Of a stretch of DNA of 64,000 bases, positions 26,748-43,657 are shown piece by piece. The stretch's first letter is position 1. The number at the start of each line of letters is the position of its first letter. The translations under genes were made by a program, and so were the position numbers. The notes under the pieces were generated by a model. That model searched no databases. It worked only from the letters and a program-made list of their open reading frames with translations, and was not told the DNA's origin. Source of the stretch: Octopus sinensis (taxonomy: Eukaryota); contig NC_042997.1 of NCBI RefSeq assembly GCF_006345805.1, positions 149,172,001 to 149,236,000 of the forward strand, written 5' to 3'.

Positions 26748-26968
26748 AGGCGGCGAGCTGATAAAATCAATAGCAAACCAAGGAGAAGACTTGACGGCAG
26801 TTCGTGCAGCTGTAGGTTTTGAGTTCAAAATCTGCTGAGGACGACTTTGCCTTTCAGCATTTTGTGGGTGGTAAATTAAGTGCCAGTTGATCACTGGGGT
26901 TGATATGATTGACTTTACACGCCCTTTGAAATTGGTGGTGTTGGGCTAAAATGTGAAACTAATATTAA
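26748..26968 (+). mobile_element. Second SINE family (tRNA head + Deu/Nin-like core)
   Basis: GGCGGCGAGCTG head, GAGTTCAAAATC B-box and a GACTTTGCCTTTCA...AAATTAAGTGCCAGTTG core recalled from octopus SINEs. Confidence 0.7.
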
Positions 26969-28743
26969 ACTTCTGACATGCAAGAAGCGCGATCGCTAGC
27001 CTTTCTGCAAATAACTGCTGCATCTCAATCAGAACCTCAGCCTCCTTCTACTAGCAATGCTGCTACTACTACAACTACTACTAACTATTGGCTGGTGTTA
27101 AATTTCCTATTCATGATGTGTGGCGAGGTGCAGCACGATGCAAATATAAGCGACAGATGTTTCCAAATTACGCTCAGTTAAGTTAAAACATTTATTTAGT
27201 AAAACGATAGTTTGTTGTTGGTACCTTCACTACACAAATATTGAAGAAATATTTTGGGGAAAATTTTCATTTCATATTTACTTAACGCAATAAAGCTTAT
27301 GCAATTTCTCAATTCTCCAGTTGAACGTAAAGTTTGGATGGGATAACAAGAGCAAAAATATATTGGAATTAGCTTAATAATTATATAATATCTCGTCGGA
27401 GAAAATATCTGAAAAAATGCAATGCAATTAAAAATAGAGTAATTAGTGGTGTTATTAGAACGAGCATAAGCAGTATTATAATTTATTTTATTGTATTTTA
27501 TTCTTTTTTATTTCAGTGGTGAATTTAGTTTTGGAAAATTGAGATGATGGTACTGCTGCTCTTATTGAATGAATAATTCTTTGTTTTAGATTTTTGTACT
27601 TTATTTTTTAAATAGTACACCAGAGATATAATTGATTGCGCTTCTGTATTGGTAACCATAAATTACTTTTGTTTGAGATAAATATTTGATTTCGGGAAGC
27701 ATTAATGATTTGTATTTGTAATTATAATGAAAATGTTTTTTTTTCTTCCTTTTTACTCTCCGTTGATATTATAGTCGTGTTGTTATAGTTGTGAGATATA
27801 GAGATATTGTACGTTTGTATTGTGGTTAAAGTAGCTTATCTTGCGCTAATGTTAAGGGAGGGAGAATTTATGTTTCATAAAGTTCCTCATTATAGATATT
27901 TTTCTGGCTTTTGCTTTAGATATTTAGTTTTCTGTTTTCTAATTATCTTCTCTTTTTTGGTTATTTTATTTTTAGGCAGATTTGAAAGGAAATCTATAAA
28001 ATATTGTTATCTTCACCTTATGTTTCAGTTAATTATTTTTTTATATGGCTTTTTTGTGGCTTTCATTTTCATTTCGGCTCTTTCATCCGCTTCTGCGGTT
28101 TGAATATCCTTGATAATACTGTTACTGATAATCACTGTCCAGATGAAAGGCTTAGGCATATCAATATTTATTTTATTGCTTTTTCCCCTTTTTAAATTCA
28201 TCTTTCACGTTTGAATTGGTAGTAGATATAAACAATATCAGCCTCCTAGTCAATACGGACCGGATAAAAGCTAAATGGTTCATCCATAAAAACTCATAAA
28301 TACAGAGCTGAAGGAACATGATGCAAAGATAATCGAAAAATATTCTAATCAACCATCTATGATAAGAAGGCTGAAATGGAAAAAAAGTTGATTTAGCTCT
28401 TAGATCCGTGTTAGCTTTCAGCTTTTGACTATCTCTTAGGTTTTAGTTTTCATTTACACAACACACGCTCTGATATGGATAATCTAGTTTAGGCATTTGT
28501 CATATTCTGGTTCTCTGCTTTCATTTTATTTTACATTAAAGTATTTCCTAGTATATATTGTATTCATTACGTTTCTTTTGCATTTGCAAGGAATGATATT
28601 TCTTTAAATATTACTTGTTTTATAGTATACTATTTCATGATAGTGTACGCAAAATTTAGATTAATATACCACGAAAGAAAGTACAGCAATTCATAGTTTC
28701 ATGATATGTGCAAGTGTAAAATAATATCACTTTGATCTTCAAG

Positions 28744-28789
28744 GTAGCTATCTTTTATCTACACGAAAATCAAGCTTACACTATTACAG
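28744..28789 (+). CDS. Possible exon (VAIFYLHENQAYTIT)
   Basis: Donor CAG|gtattc, 46 nt, phase 0-1. The acceptor is ambiguous because AAG|GTAG also resembles a donor. Confidence 0.3.
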
Positions 28790-30375
28790 GTATTCAAATA
28801 AGTACACATGTGATCTAAATTTTGAAATGCTTAAAAAAAATGCATTATCTCTGAGCGACGAAAATACATTCAAATAGTCACTCTTGCTCTTTCTTTCTCC
28901 CTCCCCCTCTTCCTCACACACACACACACATATATAATCGTCCCTAAATATGACTAGGGTATTAGAAACAGCTATATTGCTAGAAATAACAGTTAAAACA
29001 CTCTAATGTTGTAGTGAAACCACATTATGGTATACATATATACGAAAATACTGATCGAAAATTCCCTATACCGACCGGTCAGTTTCTGCAATTTTTGTTG
29101 CCTCATCAGAAGGAGAGCTCGAATTCAAGTGATGCCGGACATAATTCTCTGGGTATATATGTTTTCACCATAAAAGTCTATGGTTGGTTCAGCGAATCGC
29201 TAATGTATACAGTGGTTTGAATTAATGAACCATATTACAAACAATGGAAGTACAACAAAATGCATGGTGTCAATTATTACTCAATCAATCAATCAAACAA
29301 GCAAACAATCAATCAATTAATCAATCAGGCGTTTGTGAGAAATATTACGCTGCCATTCGTAGCTTCATCAGTACAATACCATCTTCACTATAGGTCACTT
29401 CAGGGACAAAAGAGTTTCATTCACGTGGTTGCAATACAGATAACGTTGTCAGTGCATCCAAACACTTGCTATTTCGTATCAAGTTTCATGTTGCGTCACA
29501 TCCTAATGAGGAATTCCTCTTTCACATGGAAGGCACGAATGAAAATGTACGATACATAGGGTATTAGTCGCAGAAGTTATGCTCACTGAACGTATCATCT
29601 GAGTGTAATAAGTTATTTTGATTTCTGCTGCTTGAGAAACTTAGCGAACAGAACATTAACAGTTTCGTTGGTTTGGAGAAAGCAGCTTCTACAAATGCAG
29701 TCAGGTAGTTCTTTGGAGCTAACAACGCTTGTTGATCATGAAAAATGTATTTGAATTAAATTAGGCATGTTTCTGAAGTATGAATATACTTGATAAACAA
29801 ACGCATATATGCATAAGGACATAAACTTGCACACATATGCACACGCACACACATATCCTCGTCATCAAACGATCGCACATACAGGCACTTAGGTATATAT
29901 TCAATGTAACGTAATGGCCACAGTAAATGCATGCAAGTGAATAATATAATAACACTTGATCATTTGAACCTTATGTTTCATTAACATTAAAGATCAAATA
30001 GCTGCTACTCTTTGAAACATTTCTTATTACAGTGTTTAATGATTTGTGAATAAATCAAAGACTTAACCAAATGATTCCACAACCATCACCAACATTAATA
30101 TTAAGGAAATATACGAATCTTTCGATAATGCATTTGCAGTCGTCAACATACGGTATACTTGTAACGTTAATATTGTAGTCGTGATGTCATTTAAATTATT
30201 GTTATAGGATGTTCACTGTAGCAAAGCTACAGGCTTGCCGTTCTGTGTAAACGTATTGTCAACTAAAATGCACACGAGACTATCCAGCCTGTTTTGATTA
30301 TCTTGTACCGAATTATATTGTTTAAGATTTTAAGACGGAAGAATGTGATTTGGGGGATAGTAGTTGTATTTTCAG

Positions 30376-30406
30376 CAGTTCAATCGAAATGGTGGAGGCT
30401 CCTCCC
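30376..30406 (+). CDS. Possible exon (A-VQSKWWRLLP)
   Basis: Acceptor gttgtattttcag with a phase-1 start matching the previous candidate. The donor is uncertain (gtatgt at 30407, or gttata 4 nt later). Confidence 0.3.
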
Positions 30407-30577
30407 GTATGTTATACCACTTTGTTGTAAAAAGTCGTAAAACGCATCACGTATGCATAGTCATTAAATCTATACTAATTGGCTGGTTAAAAGGACGCGT
30501 TTTATTGGCTTCTATAGTGTGTTCTAACCACAAACTATTTACTTGAAAATCAGACATCACTTTCCAGGAAACGTATT

Positions 30578-31120
<543 letters not shown>

Positions 31121-31400
31121 ATATATATGATGTGATATAACATAATATATATTAAACAATTTGATATAATACGATATAATACAACATAATATAGTATGGT
31201 ATAATATAATGTACGTTTGAATGTTGAGATAATATCCATTATAGACACCACTGCATAGATACTCTCTCACACACACACACACGTATATAAGCCTGGATGT
31301 TGAAGTAACATCATTCTATTACTAACAAGATTATGAAAGTGGCGTAAACGGAATGAATGGATTAGATATTCGTCCTCTCACCTCATTTCTCTTATTTGTT

Positions 31401-31432
<32 letters not shown>

Positions 31433-31926
31433 CGCACTTGTGCCCTGTTTGGAACTGGGTCTTACAATCAATTTGTATTTATGTCTCTAATTAACCGTTA
31501 CTCTGTAAAACTAAACGGATTTAATATCCTGTGACATAAGTGTTGGAATTCTTTACGCAACGTTTCCATTATAATTTAAGTTAATATTCTGATATAGCTT
31601 TAAGTGAATATCTGAATTGCATTCACACGAAAATTCACATATATAATTTTTGCCCTTTGAGGTTCAGCCAGAAAACAAACAAAACAAAATAGACATGATT
31701 TGCTTAAACTACAGTAATATCTCTGTGCAATGCGAAGAAGTGTAGTAGATAAAATTTTCAATCTAAAATTTGTAGTAGATTCAATATTTTGAGACTACAG
31801 CATTCCAGCATTCACATTATTCGAGGACTTGGAAATTTTCAATATATTCCAATATATTCAACATATTCCAATAATCCAATATTTATATGTAATTTGCTTT
31901 TGGCTTTCCTCTATCTCTTATTTTAG

Positions 31927-31987
31927 GTAGAGTTCTTACTTCCATCTGGCAGAGCAACAAAGCTGGAACTTTGCCAGATGAGTGACG
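31927..31987 (+). CDS. Putative exon (VEFLLPSGRATKLELCQMSD)
   Basis: Long pyrimidine acceptor ctctatctcttattttag, donor G|gtaatg, 61 nt, phase 0-1. Confidence 0.55.
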
Positions 31988-32495
31988 GTAATGAGTCTCA
32001 CCATGATAAATTACATATTAATTTTGTTAGTGATGTTGTTGATATTGTCGTTGAACCAGAGATTATTTTTTCCGAGGGAATCGGTGCCAGCCATAATTCC
32101 CGTAGTCACTGTAGTGCTAGCACGGAATATAAAGAAACGCAGTAGTGTTGGTTATGATGTTCTCAGTTATTGTGCTGAATCATGTATGGAATTTAATATT
32201 CTGGTAGGATATTTCTTTTTTTTTATCATTTTTAATAATGAAGAATAATTTATGTTGAATCGTTTAGTGATCAAGTATTGGCACGCAAAAAAAAGCGGTC
32301 AGAGCGGAATTCCTATGTTAATGTGGTATAAAGTAAAAATTATTAAAATGATCCGTGAAAAATAAATTATTTTATTAATAATAAAATATTATGCAATGTG
32401 TGATTTGGTGTTGGAAGGAAAAACATGTACAAGAGACCGAGATGATGTATATATATATATATATACACACATATATGTGTGTGTGTATGTATATA

Positions 32496-32529
<34 letters not shown>

Positions 32530-32577
32530 TTTCTTGTGTACGTATATACATATACATATACACATATATATACATAC

Positions 32578-32617
<40 letters not shown>

Positions 32618-34296
32618 ATCTATGTATATATACGTATGTATGCATGTATAACTAAACAAGTAATATATAAAAGTAGATAGAAAGGATTCAAAGAGATCAA
32701 TAAAAATATTAGTGAATAAATGTATAAATAATTAGATAAACCACAAATATAATACGAAATGTTTTCCGATACCGTTTTTCAAACATTCTTCTATAAAACG
32801 GTGGTTCCGTGCAAAAAGCGTTGCGTTATGAGAATACATTGACGGAATAGGTATCATGAAAAAATAATCAAAATATAAGGAAACGTATGCGGCACATCTC
32901 TTTAAATATATCAAACATCATTAATGCGGGGTTTCCATAAAAGATTTTTCTCTTATGTTCATGTATTCTTTTTTTTTTTTTTGTGTTATCCAAAACATAT
33001 TTATATAGCTATAGACAGATTAAACATGGAATCCGTGCTTACATTAAGATATAACCGGTTGACATAATGAGTGTGTTACACCTTTTACTGAGGACAATGA
33101 CACATATCTTCAAAGAAAATCCGTATGGTTTGCTTTCGTATTCTCTCATCAATGAGACTTCATAATTAATAAAGTTATGTGCCTGTTATGTGAAAATTTC
33201 CTGTTACTCATCTACAGAGGGGTTGAAAATGGTAAATTCTTATGAGAACAAAGGATATTTAATATTGCATGCAATATTTCGATAGCTGTTTTATCACATT
33301 CATTTCCAACATTTTTTTTTCTTTTTATTTGATTTTGTCTATCCTTTTATTGTTTTCTTGTTTCGTGTTTGCTTAGGCTTATTTGAATATGCGTAATCCT
33401 ATATCCTGAGATGAACCAGATTAACAAATAAGTTCATCAATTATTAAACCCATAAGTGTACGTGTTGTATATGCAACTGTGTGTATACACATAAATTTCG
33501 CACATACAAAAATATACATACAAAAACAAACACACGCACTTATGTATACATTTTCCCCGTACAGATGAATATATATATATAAATATATATACGCGTATGC
33601 CTATGCATACGTGATCTGACATATCCCGTATAAATCTGTGCTTGTAGTTCAATCAGAGACTATTTGTTTCTTTTATATTCATTTCTATGCTTAGCTTATA
33701 TATGTATATGTATACACACACACATATATTATGTATATTATAGAAGTATATTAAATATATAATGATATTCTTTGTGTAAACAAGACAACTATTCATGTGT
33801 CATGCAATGATCATATTTTGGCAAGCCAAACATGAAAACATATCAATATCAGCTTATTAAAAATACATGCTCATTATTAGTAAGGATGATATCTCAGCCG
33901 GTCATTACTTCTAAGAGGATGTTTGAATAAATCAAATTTCACAAAGGGACATGGGAAAATCTCGAGAGATCACAGAGAATCAAGAATTAAATTTTTTTCC
34001 TCTTTCATCTATAGAATCCCTAATATTATCACTAGGGTGTTTCCTGTTCTGAAGTATCTAACGTAAATCTCTTTTGTTGAATCAATGAACATCTGATCAT
34101 TTTCTAACCATACTGTGTGTGCCTACTCGTAATTATATGGGAAGAGGCTGTTATGATTGAAGCGATGCATGGGAAACCGTGCGCTAGTAGCTGATGCGAT
34201 TCCTCCAATTCGTTAAGATATTAACAAATTCTTAGGGAGTTAATTAATTATTTATGCATAGAACGCAAGAATATTTTCTTTTATATTTTGTTTTAG

Positions 34297-34324
34297 CTTC
34301 ATTTTCTAAAGTGCGATTGTACAA
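34297..34324 (+). CDS. Putative short exon (A-SFSKVRLY-K)
   Basis: Acceptor ttttcttttatattttgttttag, donor AA|gtaata, 28 nt, phase 1-2, compatible on both sides. Confidence 0.45.
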
Positions 34325-35535
34325 GTAATATTATGATATTGATTATAAAGTAATATTTTCGAACGCAGGTAAAAACAAAGGGAGAGGAAGATCGAGTTGC
34401 ATTTCAAGGTTTAGTACTATTTTTCGTAACATAATAAAAGTTGTTACAAGAATTAATAAATATAGGAGTGAAAGAATTAACGTAAAATAAAGGAAGATTA
34501 TAACTGTGTATGTAATAAATAAGATTCGTCACACTTTTGCAAGTTAAATAAAACTATGGATAAAATCCCATGTACAAATGTCTGTGAAATACTCGAAGAC
34601 TTGAACATTAATACTGTAATTATTTGATAAAAGAACTAAAATATATATCTCTGTAGACAATGGAACATTCACGAAGCCTTGTGCACAATCATTTTTTTCC
34701 TTTTGTCTCTGGCATTTTTCATATAATCAGTATGTTATTAGTGATTGAACTTCACCGCACAAATCGTTGAGTGCTTGACAGTAGGCGCGTTCACGTCGCC
34801 CTTCAGAATTTTGGCTCATAAATGCATATGTTATATATATGTTCAGCTATACAGATTTGCGAGTGCCAATAAAATGTGACGTGAATTTCTGATTTATTCG
34901 AAGGAAAATGAGATGATTTCAAGCATGGATTTATTTTGAAATAACCAAAATCAAATGGACCAGTACGTACAACCAATTATTTATTATGTAAGGAGCTCAT
35001 TTGTAAGAAAGGCTATTTCCTTGCATTTCTGCTAATCTTACTTGAAGTGTATATTTATAACCCACCAGATATCAAAATATAAACTTACCTCCCGAGTAGT
35101 CACTGATTAATATCCCATTGTGATATGTGTCTGGTACTTAAATATGAGTATATAAGTAACGAATCTATTACATGTCATACTTCTAACGGTTAACAAATTG
35201 TTCGCTTTTAGACATAGATTAAACCTGATCCAGATATACGAGCAATTATTTTATCCCTTTGTTAATTAACAAATGCCTACGACAGCAATAACTATTAAGC
35301 AATTTCCTTCCGATGATGAGAAGTGAAATTTTTAGTCATTTTTCTTGTTATTTCTTTCAAGCAAAACGAACTACGTTATTTAAAATCGTAATTCTTGATA
35401 TTAATGTTGTTTAGACCTCGACCGGCTCTGGTGGCAGATTTTGGGTAAATATATCTGGCTGTACTGCTCAGTGGAAAGTTCTGTCTTGAATGCTAAGATA
35501 AAAATTGCGTTGTGTCTGCTTCTTATAGCTTGCAG

Positions 35536-35564
35536 ACTTAGAGACTATGTCAGTCACGTTGTAG
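35536..35564 (+). CDS. Putative short exon (LRDYVSHVV)
   Basis: Acceptor cttcttatagcttgcag, donor TAG|gtgatc, 29 nt, phase 2-1. The join reads KVRLYKLRDYVSHVV. Confidence 0.4.
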
Positions 35565-38059
35565 GTGATCATTATTCTATGTTGTGGTAAACACCGTGAT
35601 TTTAATGCCTGTGCTATTGGAGGTTCTATTATGATTGTAAGAGTTGTTTAGTTCCTGATCAACCTATTTAAGTAATACAGATATCATCATGTCACGTTTT
35701 TATCTATGTCACTGAATTAAAACCAATAAACGACATAGAAAACAAAAGAATTGATTTTATACTTTAAGGAATGAAACACGAGATTGTCAAGCGTATAGAA
35801 CAATTGCCATTCATGATTAAAAAAAACAGCGATAAAGTTACATTTTTCTCTATCAACATTGTCATCGGTATTATCCTACCATCATGTGCGTTTTACCACG
35901 AAACATTACTTCCATTGGAAACTACTTTCCTTTGTTTAGTCTGCTTAAGTTAAGAGGAGCGAAACTTCGATTTTATATGATTTTCTCCGTTTTGAGTTAT
36001 CCTGAGACCACTTGCATATCAGTATTATACACTGATACAAATCTGTTAGATTTTGCATATTTTGAAGTTATATTAATATTTTTCCTGTACCGTATTGAAT
36101 GTATTATACAATGATATGGTAAGATTTGATTTGACAGTCCACTTGTTGTCTTTCACTAACAAGTTAAGTGTGCGCACCGTCTCATTTCACTGAGACAACG
36201 GTAGAACTAAATGTATCCTTAGGGACGTTTATTATATCTACAGTGGAGAAATTCTATCACAAGAATAACTTGGCAAAATAGTATTCCAGAGTTGGAATAA
36301 TCCATATCTACGAGTAAGTGATATTAGGAATAAAAGACACTTCAACACATTCATTCAATATATATGCAGTAAAAATAAATTAAATATGTCGAAAAGGTAG
36401 CGAATAGATAACGTTTCAAAACAATTTTAAAAAAAGGATATTTGATATGAGAGGAAATGTATCGTTTTATATATTGGTATTGCAAGCGTCCGGTGAGAGA
36501 AGGTGATAAATAAATTATTGTTTGAATTTCACTTGTATCAGTAAAACAAACAGCAGTGATATACTTAGTCATGCTACATCAGAGTAGATATTTCAATACC
36601 AACTTAAACCCAGTAACACCATTAAAGCTTTAGTGAAATTTATGAATATAAAGCAATCTTCTGTCCACCATTTTGACTATATAATAAATCAATATAAGAG
36701 TCGAGTAAATTACTTTCCTCTCCAGTGTCTTGTGCTGAGAGGTAATAAATAATAATTTAGTTTCAGAAGTATCTAAGTAAGGATTATTGAATATTTCTAT
36801 ACAGTAGAGATATGTTTAATCATACCTATCTATATTAACATTATATTCATTGGTTTACATGTTACTGCTACTTAAATATTTATATTAGAATGAGGCATAG
36901 GGTGGCACATAGACATATCAACATACAAATATATATGGGTGAATGAATGTGTATGTGGGTGTGGGGGTAGCTCATTGTACTTGTGTGTTCACATGATTAT
37001 TTTAACTGCAATGAGCACAGCTCTCCAGATACGAATTTCTAGAGGAAGATAGTCGTTTTATTTACTACAGTAAAAAGAAAAAAGGAACCGAGGCTTAAAT
37101 GTAACACAAGAGTGGTGTATTTGTAAACCTTACCCATCATACAGCAGTATTCTTCTATACTCACTTGGAATCCATTTCATTTTATGTTTTCCCACGTTAA
37201 ATAACTGAAGAAATATTTCTCTATTGCAGAAAGTTAACATTGCTGCTAATACAAACGTTATGTTCGTAGGGAAATGTATGGTTTATGATTTTAATTTTAC
37301 ACAGCGTATAAATAGTATTCATATACAAAAGATGTTTTTAAATATATCAGTATAGATATATTCCTGTTGAAACTGTAAGCGCTGGTCAAAGTAGCAATGA
37401 TGTAAATGCCTTCATTAGACGCAGTAATTAATTAGGTCCAGCATTAAACGACAATCCTTTCGTGTCCAAATGTAAGGACTAGTCGTATCAGCTCTTAAGA
37501 GAAATAATGCAATATGATAAACCAAGAGACTACAATATACCGAAACCATTTCGATCATCATTTAAATCAATTGTAGCGAATAGGAGTCTTAAATGATTCT
37601 GTTATCGCTTCAAAGTGAAAAGTAAATAATGGTAACTATTACCACATTATGACACTGATTTCCACCCGGAGAACACAAACTACTCAAATATTCTTCATTC
37701 AATGAAACGTGAAATATATTCCCCACCCATTACATATATTATTGACTTCATACGAATACAAAAATAAAACAATCACCATTAACATAGGAAAACAGAGATT
37801 GAAAAGTACTAATTTTGCATTTAGCCGATCGGTTGTACAAAACATCCTAAAGGCGATCAGAAACAGGCAATGTGTATCATACTTAATGCAAATAAATCAC
37901 GGTAAGTTAAATTTAACAATGATATTCGTCCGTAGATAATATTTGTTATACACTGGCTAGTACTTACACTAACCAAACAAGATTCGTATGTAGCATGGCA
38001 TCATCATTGCTAGAATATTTTCGACTGCTACCGATATGTTTTTGTTTTATTTAAGACAG

Positions 38060-38099
38060 TTCTTACATAAGTAATATTATCTCCAGAAGAATACCGCAG
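38060..38099 (+). CDS. Putative exon (SYISNIISRRIPQ)
   Basis: Acceptor tttttgttttatttaag(acag) gives a start at 38056 or 38060 in the same frame. Donor CAG|gtaatt. Confidence 0.5.
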
Positions 38100-38223
38100 G
38101 TAATTTGGCTTTTTATGATGCATTTGCATTTATTGATGTGCTCTCTCAACGAGATTCCAAGCTTTAACCTCTCCATGGCTCTTTGAGCCGTTACCAATCT
38201 TTGTTATTCTCTCTTTGTTGTAG

Positions 38224-38253
38224 CCCATGTTTCACTACCATATAACATTGCAG
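38224..38253 (+). CDS. Putative exon (PMFHYHITLQ)
   Basis: Strong acceptor ctttgttattctctctttgttgtag, donor CAG|gtagaa, 30 nt, phase 0-0. Confidence 0.55.
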
Positions 38254-39394
38254 GTAGAACTGTGCTATTGGTGAGGTTGGCGCGGGTGGTCCTGTTTAAC
38301 CAGCGATGTCAAATGGACGCCCGACGGACTGGTCGGCCAAGGTGAGGTGATTTGCGTTTACTATGTTACCCAGGCTTTTAACTTAATACCGTACTTCTCT
38401 TGCGAATAAGGTGTGTATGTATACACACATATGTACACACACACACGCAGACACACACACATATATATAGAGAGAGAGAAAGAGAGAGACAAAAATATAG
38501 AGAAATAATGAGAGACAGAGGGGGATGAAAATAGAAAGAGAGAGAGAGAGTAACATATACATCCATGCTTATGATTTTCATATATGGCTGTCATGTGACA
38601 GTATGTGAGGGTTGTGTCTCCTTCCTCCGCATTAATGTCATTTGAAAACCCATCGCTCCACCAGATCTGTGGAAATATTTCTGTTTGCATTAGATTTCAT
38701 CTGCCTGTATTATTTGAAAAGATCGTTATTCTATAAACTTCTGAGAATACGACTTGTCTGACTAAAATGTTAGATATAATCACTCACATCGGACACTTTT
38801 TTTTATTGAACACCATTGATCATTACAACAACAGACATCATCTCAGTTGGCAAATGTTGATAAAAGTCAACTTAACGTGATTTGAATTTCATATGAGGTT
38901 CGCTTGTTGGTAGTTTCTATTCCATTCTTCACCTAATTTTATTTAATTCCAGATATTTTGATGGGTACTTAGGTCTGATGATTTTATGCGTTATATGCTA
39001 TTGTTATTTTCTTCATCCTGTTGTTATATATTAGCAGGATGTAGTCTGTCTTCGTTAGTATGCATATTGCGGGAGCTGTCCTGGCGAATTATGTTGTTTA
39101 TATTATAAAGTATACCAACAAATATTTGCCTCATCTCATGTACTGGTACATTTATTCATGAATAAATATTATATTATATTTATATGTATTTTACCGGACA
39201 TTATCTCTATAAACATGATGTCAGTGAAATGTAAAGTAGTTTTGCTTTGCATTTATTTTCATATAATTTCTATCTAGAGCATTCTTTGTCTATACACCTC
39301 TGTCTACTCCAATGAATTTGTATTTTTCTAAATCTTTACCAGGCACTCCCATTGTGCAATTCGAAATATTTCTGTCTGAATCACACATTGCATT

Positions 39395-40593
<1,199 letters not shown>

Positions 40594-41355
40594 TATGGAT
40601 AGATATGGATAAATAAAAGAGAGAAATATATAGAGAGGGTATTTGTGTAATTCATACCCATACAAGAAATTTACTGAGAGTAACATAAAAGTGTATCATA
40701 TAATTATATGTGCTAACACAATAAGAAAAAAAATATTACTTCTAGAGTCGACATATCTGTCAATATATTGCCCTTTATCTGACTTGATGTGCAAATACTT
40801 GCATACATACACACCGTACATGTGCACATGTCCCCCACTATCCCCGCGTACACACGCACACACACACACATATCAAATATGCAAAATCTCGGTAATATAA
40901 ACATAACTTTTATTTATTCTATATATTCAGCTGCAAGGGGGAAAACATATGCATATTGATATTGATTATTAATGAAAGTTAACTTATTCCTGCCAGCATT
41001 TGTTTTAATGTGATTGCTATGATTATTGTAATTATTTTGCTTTGGACGTTGTTGATATCAATGCGTCACTTCGTTTATATTGTTCCTTTGTTGCGCAAGT
41101 ACATCGAGGAAATTACAGAAACAGCGTATGTTTGAAGGAATTTTGAATAAATTTGCATGATTACTTTCAGTAATCATATATGCTTATCTGGATGTGCAAA
41201 GAGAACACACCTATGTACATTCTACTAGATGATCCATAAATAGCTGTTGAATCTTATCGAATGATTGGGTTTTCCTTTCTTAGGAGTGAGCCTTATGTGT
41301 TAGCCAATGCGTTTCTTTTCACAGTGATGCAAATGTATATCTGTTGAATTTAGAA

Positions 41356-42190
41356 TATGCGTAGGGGTACCCAAAGCAATTCGCCTTCAAAGTATTTTCC
41401 ATTTGAAGATATTCATCGGTTCAAGCACGTTTCCCACTATTTGAAGCAGTGCTGGAGCTCTTGCGAAGTGATGCCTTTTAACGCCTCAGTCATATTTTTC
41501 CAACTCTTCCACATTTGCCAATTCCATGGCATCAGCTTTCGTCACCGGTGATGAGCTTTGAAAAAAAAAATGTCCGGGTCAGCTTCCAACTGTTCCTTCG
41601 GTTCACAACACGCATTCAGTCGTGACTGGCTTTGATATTTCGTGAGCAAGGGAGCTACAAATTTTGCTGCAACTCTTTTCATTCTCAACTCCTCGATCAA
41701 AGTTCGTTGCCAAGAGCTCCAGGTCACTCCAGTCATATCAACAAGTTTGTTAATTGTTCGGTGAAAGTCTTCCAAGTTCAGTTCATAAATTTGCATGATG
41801 TTTTCATTCTTTTGAGAGGTTGACGTTTGTCCTGAACATGGTTGGTCTTCAAGCGACAAATGATCATACCTAAAGCGGGGACACCACGTGTAAATATGCG
41901 ATTTGCTCACCAGAGCGTCCTTGTAAGCTGTTTAAAGGATGAGAACTGTTTCGGCCGCGGTTTTCCCCAGCAGAAAACAGGATTTCACGAAGGCACGCTG
42001 TTCCTTTGTTTCAGCCGCCGCAAAATGTCAACGAACAGAGGAGAAGCACAGCAAAACAAAGACGCACCACGTGACAGTACGACGCCCGATTAATATTCAG
42101 CGAAAGGGTGAAATAGTTTTGTTTTGGAAAGCCGAATGTCGAAGCCATAAAAAATAGCGAGGAAATATCTGATTAAAAACCTTTTGGACA
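41356..42190 (-). mobile_element. Mariner element, internally deleted
   Basis: ORF 41542..41910 has the mariner HTH and KRVAAKFVAPLL (WVPHEL-equivalent). ITGDES is then joined directly to the C-terminal ...CFK*W...NGKYFEG. The ends are approximate. Confidence 0.85.
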
Positions 42191-42954
42191 GAGAAGACTG
42201 AGGGCTGTTCTACACACACACACACGCGCGCACACATACCCCCCCACACACACACAAACAAACACATAAACACACACATATTCTCAAAAAAAGATTTTTA
42301 ATTTAATTTTTGTCAGTTTTTTGGCAAAAAATATATCTCCTTACGTAGATAAATGTTTCATCAAATTAGAATTGTTATTGATGGATTTAATGGTATTCTG
42401 AATTCCAGTTGAAGATGGTATCAAATAAGTAAACAAAATATTATTACGAAGATTTGCCTCTCCATGTCCGCTGTTAAAGCGCATTTTCCTGGTCATTACT
42501 AAACTAAACACACATGTGAACTTGCGTACACAGACTCACTCACAACATTCACACATGTTTAAGTACATATACGCACATATATGCACATGTGTTCGCGCAT
42601 GTGCTGAGTTTTCTCTCCATAAGAAGAGCGCTTGTTCCAGCTATCCCTTAGTCATTTTAATATATTTATTGTTACTTCATATCGACATGCAATCTCTCTT
42701 CTCTTCCTGATTATACCCACATTTAAGATGTGATCCACTGCTTATAACATAGACTTATGTCGAACTTGTTTCTTCTGAGTGAGTATTATATCGGTGTCGT
42801 ATTTTGCTCAGGTTATGGGTTGTTATTACTATATTATTTCTTCTTGCTTATATATCACGTGGATTCTACCTCCCTGCTTGCAATAATATATGCAAGTGAT
42901 AATTGATTTTGTGTGAAAGTGCATGTATCATATATATCTATCTATATATGTATT

Positions 42955-43040
<86 letters not shown>

Positions 43041-43616
43041 CACGTATATATGCATGCATACATACATACGTATATAGCCACATAGAGGTATACATCTATC
43101 CGTATCTCTATCTCTGTATATCTATTTCTGCTAATGTTTTGTTTTCTTTTATATTATCTCATCTCAAAAACAATTTTACTTTAATCCCATGGGTTTCTCT
43201 TTTGTAGAGTATAAATTCCTCATCCTTAACTTCAGGATTAGAAACTGCTTCAGGACATTCAGCATAGGTATATTGACAGTGACTTCGATTTTCTGGCCAT
43301 TTAAGTGATCGCGAGAGTACTGGTTATATATTTATTTCCATAACCTCGCATTTAATATTCTTCCATTTTCGGCTTAGTTAATTCACACATAACATATATA
43401 TGCAAATATACAAAAAATAATTTTCGCGTGTAGGTTTAAAACAATGATTATATACGGTAACGAAAGATGACAATCATAACCTTTATTTACTTGTGTAGTT
43501 CTTTTGCACACAAGTATTTGCAAATATGAAAAGATTTGTTAAGTGAAGTTACTGTTTCCTGTTATAGGGTTGAGATTTTGTTCATAATTGATAGCATTAT
43601 GTTTATAAGCATTACA

Positions 43617-43653
<37 letters not shown>

Positions 43654-43657
<4 letters not shown>

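Noticed and set aside
27240-28200. Possible highly decayed PLE RT C-terminus on the minus strand (NIN...LNIS, FPK...NKNTIK echoes)
   Set aside because: Only scattered short matches across broken frames in very AT-rich DNA. A profile search is needed.
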